This document shows positions 12,701 to 23,952 of a DNA stretch of 64,000 nt, piece after piece. The stretch comes from Setoptus koraiensis. Taxonomy: Eukaryota; Animalia; Arthropoda. The notes below the pieces were generated by a model, which saw only the letters and a list, made by a program, of their open reading frames with translations, was not told the origin of the DNA and searched no databases. The position numbers and the translations under genes were made by a program. The stretch covers positions 12,400,001 through 12,464,000 of the forward strand of contig CM106586.1 in assembly GCA_048013815.1 (NCBI GenBank). The letters are read 5' to 3'. Each line of letters opens with the position of its first letter. Position 1 is the stretch's first letter.

Positions 12701-15700
12701 GCTGCGGCTGTAATGCGGCTCGAAAATCCGTTTCGAAAACTCACTTTCACACAAACTTGTCACTAAAAGGTCGCCGAAAATCCCAATCGTGGCGAGCTGT
12801 CGTATTCGGTTTGATTGCGGACAATTTTCAACGGAGCCCACCTGACCAGTGACGGTTTTTTCGGAAAAAAAAACATAGTGACTATGGCACGTAGCACCGA
12901 GTTGTGATTGGTCCTATTTCGAGCCTAGCCAGCGCGGTGAAGCGGACGCGAACGCCGAAAAAGTGTACTTATTGGCCTGGGCGGCCGGAATGCAGCCCGA
13001 ATGGCACGCTCGTTCGAACTGCGATTCGAGCTGCGGATTCTGCACGCGAGGTGCCCGAGAGATCCTTTCGGATTGTGTTTTTTTTTCAGAGAAAAATTTT
13101 TCTTCAAAGAAAATTTTTTTCCAGAGAGAAATTCAGAGGCGTTCACAAGCGAACATAACCTGCACCGGTCATGGTTTTTCTTTTCGCGAGACACCGCACA
13201 AGTGGGCGAGACTGGGTGTAAAAGATGCCACGAAATCATCGTATCGGACGGTTTCTCGGGGGGCAAACCATCGGTTTGTAGCCAATCCATCGCCATCTGC
13301 AAGGCTTTTCGTGTGCGAGTTCGCACGACAAAAGAGAGCGATAAAAGCGATGAAAATCAGCGAACGAGCGAGCGAGAGAAGCTAATTTTGAGAATTTTCA
13401 AGATTTGTCTCACAGCGTCACTGTTTGACACTTTGTCACAAGATGACGGCACCAACAACATGTAGACATTGACAGGGGCGTCGAGACAGCGATTAAGAAT
13501 AGCATTATTGCACGGATGCCTGCATTTGTGCGCGCCAGAAATGGCTATACAGCAAATTTATCATCACATCTCGCGGGGTGCCGGCAACAATCGCTGAAAC
13601 TTATTACAACTTTACAACTTCTCACAGACACTTATCTTTGATCGTGTTCTTCGAGCGCGTTCCCATTGTGTCCGGCGTGTTCTGGTGCCGCAAAATATGG
13701 CCACCAGTCCGCCACTGGACAATCGGCCTCAGATCAGATCAGAGGCGCAGAGAAAAGCGGATCGGAGGAGCGCGGGCGAGCGGCAAAGTAATTGGCAAGA
13801 CAATAGTTTGCGCTCAATGTGTTACCACCAATCGCAACGGCAGTTTGATTTTGTGCCGTTGTTAAATTTGTTTCTTCTGGTGGCGCCTCTTTTGTCGTCG
13901 CTGTGGGCCCTTAAGTCGATCATAATCTACTTTGCGCGACACACGGGTCTTGCGAGCTGGCCCCCTGTCGGGTGTGGCGAGCTGGCCCGGCCCGGTCTAG
14001 TTGTGCGCCTGGCCAGCCGACGGTCTAGCCGGCCGGCGAGCATTTCTACAGCAGCGGCAGCAGTTTCCGATTAACAGCTATTTGGCCGGCCGGCCAGCCA
14101 GTCGGCGGGCATATAGAGCTCGCTGCTCGCAACATTTGGGGCCCACATTATTTCGGACACGCTGGCGCTGGTGTTCGGCTGCTGAGACAGATAAGTTTCC
14201 GCGTAAGAGGCGCGCGAGATAGAGGCCCGCGACGGCGGAGACGGAAAGCGCGCCGAAAGGACGCAAAGAAGTGCAAAGCAAACGACAAGATGAGAGGGCC
14301 ACCAAGGCCAATAAGAGTGCGAAATTTCGCCCTGGTCCCACTCGCAACTGGCGCAAAGTGTTATTGCTAGGCGTCGCTCATTTTCGCCCGCTGCACGCTG
14401 GCACTGCGGGCCAAATGGCGCCCCGGCCCCGGAGTGTCGCCCGCGAGCTCGTCGGGCCAAACATTTAAGGTCTGCACATATTGTAGTTTTGGTTGGTGTA
14501 GTCATTGTTGCCAGTTGTCGCGACTCGCCGCCACTTGCTTGCAACTGCTCAGCACAGACGTGACACAATTTAGCCGGCCCTCTAACTGGATTGAATTCTA
14601 CAATCTCAATCTCTTTTCTCTTATTTCTGGCCCCGCTCGCCAGCCTCATTCTATTACGTCATTTCGTCGACACTTGTCTCGCATGTCTGTCGGGGCGCCC
14701 CCGTTAGCCGACCGCATAGAGGCTCGCTGGTGCTCACTTGGCAGTGCAAAAGTTGCTCGTTCGTCTGAATTCTTACATACATATGCGCACATGTAAGTGT
14801 AGTGTATATATGTATGTAAGTTTGCTTGTTTGTTTGTTTGTTTGTTTGTTTGTCTGCTTGCTTGGCCGCTTTTACTGACGACACTTACGTCACAAATCGT
14901 GCGATATGACAATGGTACAATGCACATACACTTACATTCATCATATTTCGACTCTCTCTCTGTTCAAACATTACCTTTCTCGTATTACGCAATCGCCACT
15001 GCCAGACACTCACACCATTCCGAAAGTGAGGCCGCTAATTGTCTATTTGCTGTTGCTTCGTGACGCCAAATCTAGACGCACATTATGAAACGTTCGTCAT
15101 CGCCATGGCGCTGCCATCAATTCGACTACCAACCTGGCGCACGAGTAATGTCAAAATGAACGACAAAACAAGTCTCGAAATAAGACAAAGTAATTCAGCC
15201 ATTTAACGTGGCCAGTTAATCACGACAGCAGCCGGCCAACAAATGCCAAGTCGACAATACGACTTCGGGCAGCCTATCTTGTGGCCATTACATCGAATGG
15301 CTCCCGTTCGGACCGAATCGACTTTTATCGCTTACGAGGCAGCTTCGGCTGACGCCGATCGAGTTCGAATGTTCCAGGTCAGCAATTTCCTGGCGAAGCC
15401 ACAACTTGTCGAATTGTCATCGAGCCGCAACTTGCAATTCGATCAGAATTTCTCGCTGCCCCGGAATCTGCACCGACTCGCCCATTGATCAGTCAACTGA
15501 CCGGCCGAATTGCCGTTTCGCTCTGGCTTGATTATACACCGTAACAGCAATCAGGCTCACATTATTGGTAGGTGCCATTCCTTTACGGTGCGATTTCGAT
15601 GAACAGCAACTTATTTAAATTCTCTTCATTGCACCTTTTTGCGACTGTGTGACAACTAACTTAGTTAGTTAGCTGTCATGGTTCGAAGTGAGCGCTCAAG

Positions 15701-17792
15701 TTATGGAAATCTGTCGCTTTTCTTGAAGGTCAAGATGCTGCCAGCAAAAGTTGGTGAGCATAAATGGGTTAGTGTGCGAGAAGAGCGTCTCTAAGATCGA
15801 AATCGATATTGAGCAAAAGCAAATAACTCGCATCGCAGTTATTTCGAGCGAAAAGACGACCGGTGAACGTAGATGGATTCGAAACTAATCAAGGACACGT
15901 CAGATTGCTGCCATGCGGCCGTCGATGTCGAGCCGAACGCAGAAGATGAGATTCTCAGCTTGCCAAGCACAACCTGGCGCGGTTTTTTCATCTAGAGAAG
16001 AATTTCGGGCATTCATCTTGTCGTAAGTTTTGGGTTGCAACGATAATCTAAACTTCTCATCGAAAGGTATTAGAAAATTTGAATTTCCAAATCGTCAATA
16101 ACTTGCGTTATTGGTTAAATTTGACTAGAAATTAGACAGGAAGTCGCTATCTTGTCGGTTTTTTCTTCGATTCTACGATTTTCTAACTTTTGGAACGTTT
16201 TTTCGGGGGTTTGCTGTTAAGAAAAAAGTTAGACACTTGCACGGGCCGATCGAGAAACGGTTAGATTGCTTGACTTTGTTTCGCTCGACTTGAAACAATG
16301 AAAATGTATCATCGGCGGGCTTCTTTTTAGTCCCCGAAGGGCCTGTTTGGAAACAGCTCTGCCATAAAGCGCCGGTGAGTACAGCTAGAAATTGGCAGTA
16401 TATCTCGGTTTTATGGCAAAAACTGTGCCTTTCCATTTTGCGCCTCCCATTTTCCAAGTAATCAACTTGAGTGACTGCGGTGATGTGACCCATGTGTGCA
16501 GTGTACGAGCCAGAAAAAAAAGAGGCAAGGGTCCTGGAAAACTCAAGCGGATCAGTTGGCACCACAAAAAATGCTTTGTGTGCTTCAAGAAAATCAAGGC
16601 AATCTTATCTGTAGATAAAATTCCCATTCTTTGCGTGATACACAACACAACATATGTAATCCGCTTTGGTGTAATTGGCTTCTCGCTGGATCTGGTTATG
16701 TCCGGTCAATTTGATTTGTTTCTGTTATCGTGTCGCGTGCGTTAGCGAGAATGGTTTTGGTCATTGGGATGCGGATGCCGAAAGTTGTTGCATGCAAGGC
16801 GCGCATATTATGAAGAAGAAACTTCATAACATCACTGCGCTTAATCAATCATGTCTGCTAGAAATATTCTAACGTTAATGAATGACCGCCCGCCCGCCCG
16901 CATGCCGGCCATACAGGAAAGACACCGAATTCCGAGAGCAAATTTCGAGAGATTATGATCAATAGATTAATATATTGTTGCATTGCAACTGGAAGCTCAT
17001 TAGCTAGTTAGCTGGGCACGATAAAGTCGAGTTAGCTCTCTGGTTTCTATCTGCATATCCGTCGCTAACAATAATGAGAGATGAGAATTAGATTGTTGCC
17101 AGCAGCAGCAGCAGCAGCAGTTGCTCGGTCGTTTCGGTGCAACCGTTATCATTGCCGGCTGGGGCCCGCTGATGATTTCCTGTTTTGTTTGGCAGGCCGA
17201 GGCGAGTGTCCGTGGGGCCCGGCGTGGACCAGCGAGACTCAATATTGGTCAGTATTGTGCTGGCCAGCACAATGTTGGCCTGGGTGCCGGTGCGCAATGG
17301 GCGCTGGCCCTTTTAGCCATGTAAATCATTTTAATTCGGCCGGCAAAAAGAGATTCATCTCGATCCCGTGTCTGAGTGGCTGTGTGTATATACGCACAGA
17401 TATTGCGATGCGTTTCGTGCTCGGCAAATCTTCAATTTGTCTGATTTGTTACAGTTTGTCCACTGTCTGGTTGCGGCACAAACACGCCACAAACGCCGGC
17501 GAGACGGGCACGAGCGGCTCGATAGCTAGGCGCTGGCAGATATGCATATACCGGTATATAAATAACGGCATATGCAACATTAAGAGCATGTTGTTAATGT
17601 TTATGCCTGGCTGCCGCGACGCCAGAACAAACACATAACATATTAATCACACAGTCACATGACACGTAATATGATTTCTCACTCAATTCGCTGCCACGAG
17701 CCGCCAAAATGCCATTTCATGTTGGAGCAGCCGGCCAGCTATTATCCTTATCGGATGGCATCGCGCGATTCGCGACTCGCGACCGGCGAGCC

Positions 17793-17840
17793 GCCATGCC
17801 AGGCAACGGCGGCCATGCCCGGCAACGGCGGCCATGCCAG
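17793..17840. repeat. 19-bp tandem repeat (GCCATGCCMGGCAACGGCG x2.5)
   Basis: Directly visible. Confidence 0.85.
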
Positions 17841-20800
17841 CCTCTGGCTATTTTCGGACCGGGCCCCAATTGGCAATTGGCGCAGCTGGCAAGCCACTGC
17901 AATTGATATATATCTCTCATATGTGCAATTGCTATTTATTCACATGTGCGATATGTCGTCTCGGGATGTATATATATATTTATTATAAATATGTGTCTGG
18001 CGGGCTCGCGCATGTTTAAACTAGCACATATATATGGCGAATATATGATGCATAATGTCTGTTTGAACAGCGCCAGCGCCTCATCCGCAATCAAAACGCT
18101 AACCGCTCTGATTTTTGGCCCTGATTTGCCGGGCCTCAAGTCTCGCCAGGCTCGTTTCGGCGCCTGATTTACATTGTGTTTACGTTTTGTGTTTGCGCCA
18201 GATTTCCGCCATCATGTCCACACGCAAACCGCACACACACACACGCCAGACCGCACAAACGGGCACTCGGGACCCGATGATTGCAATCAGGTGGCTGCCG
18301 TTTACGAGAGCGGCCTCGGCGGCGCGCGGTCATTGTTGCGCGCCCAAATGTCTGCTGCTGCTTTTTGTCCCTTTCGGTGGCGTCGGTGTTGTTGTCGGCG
18401 TCGGCCGCTCGTGGCGCCATTGTGTTATAATGCAGCCGCAACACACACACACACACACACACCCAGTGATGCCACTGACAGGGGATTAGACGCTTGTGGG
18501 CCCCATTTTTGTTGTTTATATCTGGTGCCGGCGAGGCGCAGTGGCAATCGTACCAATTGTAGTGGAAACACACAATGAAGACAGTCGGCAAACAGCCCAA
18601 AACGACAAATTGAAATTCAATTTGGTCCGATCCGCGGCCCGCCAGCCCGGCCCAAATCCGAGCCAAACCCGCGCCGAAGCCGCGCCGAACGCGGGCCTGT
18701 CTCGCGCTGCCTGCCCGAACTGACATGTGGCGCGGGGCGCGGAATATCGCCGTTCAATTGGCCCGATTGGCGATTTTTCAGTGGCGCCGTTCGCCGGCAA
18801 CACCGAATAAACTGCGCCCACTTTCCTGTTGCGAGCCAGTGTTTCCTTTTCTCGGAACAGTTTTGCTCTCTCTGTCTCTCGATATTCTCCGCCGGGCCCC
18901 ATGTTCGGCCAGCCACTTGTCTTGGCTAACGCTTGCTTGGGCGCCCCTTGTAGCATCTCCGTTTGTCTTGTCGGGCGCCCCACTTGGGCCCGTGCTCCAA
19001 TTGGCCGTTGTTGGCGCTGTTGGCCTTCATCTCGTCGAGCCTTTTATTTCGGCTCATTTAATTTTCTAATGTTGTCGCCCATAAAATGCCAGACAACGCT
19101 GGCCGGCGGCTCGCCAGCCATTCAATTCGATGGCAGCTCGAACCCTTCAAGCTGCTCAGTTCGTCTGTCAGTCAGTTGGTCGGGCCGACTCGACGAGTTT
19201 TTGCTCGTCGCCCCAATTGACAACGGGTCGCCCTCGTTCCGGCTAAGTTATTCCTTCGGCATCTCCCACTGCCACAACAACTGATACACGCACACACACT
19301 GACACACGCACACTCACACACCGTTAACCGTGAAGTGGGTGAACTTGTGGAGTTTTCTGGGGACGCGCGACGACACACAAAGTGTCTCTTGCGTGCTATA
19401 TGGGCGCAGCCTTTGTTTGGGGCCCGTCTCGCCCATATGCCGCGGCCGACGTTGGGGCCGCTCGAGGCCGGCGAGCGATCATGTGATCGCCGGCTCGCTG
19501 TTGTGCCCGCTCGTTCCGTTCGACTGGCCGGGCGCGAGCGGGCCGCGCCGTCGTCTGGCCCGCTCGACGGGGCGACATTTGGGGGCGGCCGCTCACTGGT
19601 GAACGCCGGCCAGCGGTGACCGGCGATGACTAGTGAACAAACAGAGGCGAATAGAGGCAGTCACAGGGGTGAATTTTTGGCCGGCGTCAGTTGGCATTGA
19701 ATTAGCCAATTCAATGCCAAATGAACGCCAACTGAGCGAACGGCCGCCCAATTGTAGTTTGAATCGCGCACTGGCCGCTGACCCCGACCAAATTCAAGTG
19801 GCCAATATTCACAACCCACAGCCGGCCAAATTTGGGGCCCAATTCGGGGCCCAATTGAGTGCCGGTCGAAACAGCGCTGCCGTCTGTGGCCGGCGGACCT
19901 TGTGGCCGTTTATAGAAAAACGGGCCAATGGCTGGAGAGATAATGTTGCACATGGATCAGTGAGCAATTTTGGATTTTGGCAAGTCACTGTTGGCTGCCG
20001 GGCGAGTGAGTTAGTGCGCCGGCCGAGCTAGGCAACTTTTACGGGTTCTCCCATCGGCGCCAGAATAAACTGGTGGCGCCGCCGCTTGCTCTAACTAAGC
20101 CAATCTAGATCTGGGCCACTGATCAAACTGGCGCCGAGAAGCGCTGAAAATGAAACTAAAACTAAAAGCATCAACATCAGCATCAACGTCACCGTTGTTT
20201 TTGGATTGGCCAGACGAGTCTGTGGGGCCCCGTTCGTGTGCTATGTGACTCCAATCACGTAGCGCGAGTGCGTATCAACTTGGCCAGTGGCAGTAATTCC
20301 ATGATTTCCAGATGATAAATCAGATTCTTCAATAACAAAAGAGCAGAGAGGTGTACACACGCGCTGCAAACTGGCCAGCGCGTAGACCTTTTCGCTTAGT
20401 CCGGATAAGACGAGTCGTAATAAAATAAACGATTGCCGCTCGCCAAACTGCAACTAAACGGCAGCCGGCAACAACCAAACCGAACCGTATAAAATGTGCG
20501 CCCCCGCACGCTCTCTCTCTCTCGCTCTCTCGTTCCAGCTCAACAACAGTATCATCACTCATTAGTGACGATAGCTGATTGGCATTTTGATTGCACTGTC
20601 TGCGACCACTCGGGGCCCGCGTTACCTTGGGCTACGGCGCGCTGGCTGGGCTCGTTTTCTGTTGCGACAGCACGCCAGAATTGGACGGCCAGACAGAATT
20701 GGAGCAGCAAACGGACAGCAAAACAAACAACCGGGCGGCGGGCCAATTCGCTCACCTGTAAACTCGTCGTCGATATCTCAACTGAAAATCTTGTGCCACG

Positions 20801-21194
20801 GCACGCTCGTTTGGCGAATCTCGAACAGGCCAAATTGAGCCGCTCCGGCGCCCGCCATTCGAAGGGTCAGTCGCTGCAACTAACAAGCTGCCCATCGATG
20901 ACAGGCAGCTCCAAAAAATGATCCCGCACCAGCCGTCGCCCGGCATCATCTTTGCTCTACGTTACATCCCGAACGGGAGTTCATCGTCGCCGTCCCTGTT
21001 GGCGCTCGTCGTCATTATTTATAATTAGGCCCCCGAAACTGGCCCCAAGATGCCGCTGTCACTCAACACTGTTGAGTCAACAGTTCTCGAGGCGGTCAAA
21101 AATCTCAGAAAGATCTATTTCGGGCATTGCCACACATTGCAATGTAATGATCATTGACTCATCCGGCTCTAATTAATGAGCGCTCGCTCGCTCC

Positions 21195-21245
21195 GGTATG
21201 GAAATGCGCCGCCCATGGTCTGGAAATGCGCCGCCCATGGTCTGG
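21195..21245. repeat. 22-bp tandem duplication (GGTMTGGAAATGCGCCGCCCAT x2.3)
   Basis: Directly visible. Confidence 0.85.
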
Positions 21246-23378
21246 CCGTGCGATGAATGAATATTTCCGGCCGAAATCCGGCTCGTCGGGCTATCATTTG
21301 TCGGCGGGCGACCGGCGCGCGCCCTTGTGCGCCATTTATTTTATTAAATCCCCCTGACTAGTCACGTTCGAACAGCACACGCAAACAGTAGCAAATAAGG
21401 CGCCAGATGACGGAGTTGGCCTCGCGAACCATTTATTGAGTCGGTCAGTGTGGCCTGGCCAGATTGTGCGCGCGTTCCGCAAATTCCGTTCTCTGATCAA
21501 CTTGATCCCCAAACTTGTTTCGGCTAGCTGCTGCGACGCTAGCAGCGGCGTCGCTGCAATGATGATATATCATTTCGGGGGTGGCGCAAACTGGCCAACT
21601 GGCGCCGCGAATATGGCCCGCGATGAAATGAGATCATCGCGTGGGTCTGGCGTGGACATTATTACAACATTAAGATATAGGCGAGCTAATTTGGGACGCA
21701 TAGAGGCGCTCAATGTGGCGCACTGGCCACCAGAATGATTGCAGCGGCGAGAAGCCAAAGAAAAAAGGAAATCGTGGCGGCGCCGCTCGGATTTATGAGA
21801 TTTCCATGGCGGCGCCGGCGGTGGCAGCGGCAGCCAAAGCGAGACTTCGAACTGGAATTAGGGGATATATTCCTCATCAGCAGTGTCCACTGGCACTGCT
21901 GGTGCCACGGTGGCGAACGCTCCGCGAACCGATTGCGCAATTTCCTCTCGCCACTCGCAGGCCCCAAATTATAACACCACAGCCAGCTGCCTCCCCCCCC
22001 CCAACCCACCCCCTGGTTTATGCTCGGCACACACATTGTACAAGCTTGTGGTGGCGCGACAGTCGAGAGCGCCATAATCGCCGGAGTCAACTAAACTAAA
22101 CTGTCCACTTGATGATGAGACGGACGATTCCCCGTCCGCTCGTATTTTCGGGTGCCAGCGACACGTTTGGCAGCCTGTGTTCGGGGGAGCCCATCAATTT
22201 GTGTGTGTCTAGACCGTTGTCGGTTGGTTTAAAATGGCCGCGCGCCAGGTGAGCGGCGCCAATGAGGCTCAAAGGTGGCCAAAATGACGGATGGATCAAA
22301 TTAAAAGTGACTCCGAATCAAATTATTTCTTCGCGCTGCTGGCCAGCAGCGTGGCAACCGAGAATTGTTGTTGCAGCGACAATGATGTTTTTCTTTCACC
22401 GCTAGCACATTTTTTAAACGAGTGGGGCCGAAAATGTTTTTTTTTTGTTTTCTCTCGCGCCAAATAATAGAACAACTCAATTTCGGCTGGCGCAAACACT
22501 CGCTAATAGCGGCCGGCCCAGTCGCCAGACGCTAATGGCCGACAGCCGGCGCTTCGCACATGTGTATTGTCATTTATCAGGGGGCGCGCTAACCCGGCGC
22601 TGGCGCCGGCGCCGCCATACAGTATGTAAGCAAGTGGCGCATCACGGTGAAAATGGCGCCTGACACAATGATGCCTGGGGGTATCATCAACAAGAGATGA
22701 TCGATTGGTCAGGCTGGCGCAAAAATGGCCCCAGGGTACCAATGTCAATCTTTTCATTGTCGACTGCCGAAAGCGGGCGCTTCGCACCGGGGCCCCAATT
22801 TGCACCGGCCCGAGATATGTAATGAACAAATCTGATTAACTAGATCGAAAGTACCTGCTGTTGCCGTTGTGAGCGCAGTGTGTCAGTCATAATTAAAGGC
22901 AGCGCGGGCGTTGTTTATCGGCGTACACACGGCCAAACTAAATTACAAACTTGCAGTCTGCAGTGATTTTTCGCGAATCGCGATCCGCGCATCAGCGCGC
23001 GCCCCACACAAAATCAATATCAATATCTCACACGGCCAGCACCATCAATTACAACCGCATCAGATATCATGAGAGAGAGAGAGCGAAATCTCACGGCCAG
23101 ACACATCGTTTAGCATGGTGATCGCGCCCCGTTTGCCGTTTTCTTCGCCCCTTCGTTCTTCGGCGCCCCCGAAAAATGCCACTGACAGCCAGCAGCAAAG
23201 TGTTTTTTTCCCTCTCTCTGCCCGTTTTTCCCTATCTCTCTGCCCGTTTCCCCCCCCCCTCTCTCTCTGGGTTTATGCCCGCTTCCCGTGAACTTCACGG
23301 CGTGAAGCCATCGTCCAGATTGGCGGCCCTAATCTATGTGTCCAATTTAAGTTGCCAGCCGCGTAATCCCGCGCTAAG

Positions 23379-23658
23379 TTCAATTTCTCGCTAATCTTCG
23401 ACACTGCCATTGGCCGCAATTTAACCCAAACGCAATCCTCTTCTCCCCTCTTCTCGTCATCGTGCCTCCACTCACACATAAATTACCCGCAACTCATACC
23501 CGTGCACGTACCCGCGGCGCCCAACTTGGACTCGTGCGACTGTTGCGCGCAATTTGGGTTGGTTGCGCAATTGAATCGCCTCGGACGGGATTGCTCATGG
23601 GATTGGGTACGCACAACGACGACAACAACGACAACAACAACGCAACAACATGCTATAG
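23379..23658 (+). promoter_or_regulatory. AG-exclusion zone with candidate distant branch point (CTAAT ~23391, TTAAC ~23421) and polypyrimidine tract (~23436-23473) ahead of the acceptor at 23657-23658
   Basis: No AG dinucleotide between 23379 and 23656 (278 nt, checked base by base). The first AG is exactly the one that restores the P-loop. Confidence 0.7.
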
Positions 23659-23921
23659 GCAAGACAAGCATCATTAAACAGCTGATTGAGTCGCAGCAGG
23701 TATTTTTACCTGCGCAGCACGTCCGCCAGGACCTGAAACACAGTGACCAAGTGAATTTAAATTGGCTAAGCAAATTGAACTATCATGAACAGCTACTAGA
23801 GGAAACCATTGAGGCGCGTCGTTTGGCCTCGGCTCTGGCCAATCAGATGCAGGCCCATGCACAACTGCAACTACTGCTCGAACAACAACAGCGTTGTCAT
23901 CAACAGCAGCAGCAGCAACAA

Positions 23922-23952
<31 letters not shown>

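Larger units (their letters stand above)
1960..23658 (+). other. 21,699-nt phase-1 intron of the RASL10-like gene
   Basis: GTGAGT...CTATAG. Joining G(1959)+GC(23659-60) gives GGC and restores GDAGVGKTSIIKQL. No recognisable nested protein-coding gene was found inside. Confidence 0.8.

Noticed and set aside
15676-15700. GGTTCGA T-loop-like motifs (also ~54860 and ~56940) as tRNAs
   Set aside because: No cloverleaf stems or D-loop in the surrounding sequence.
16331-16374. 44-nt segment with a good acceptor (TTCTTTTTAG) and donor (GTGAGT) inside the RASL10 intron
   Set aside because: Inclusion would shift the frame in the middle of the P-loop. No support as a coding exon; at most a poison exon.
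23502-23658. ORF-track start of the 3216-aa protein at 23502
   Set aside because: It is a GTG inside the intron's AG-free zone; the frame is open there only incidentally. The true N-terminus comes from exon 1917-1959.
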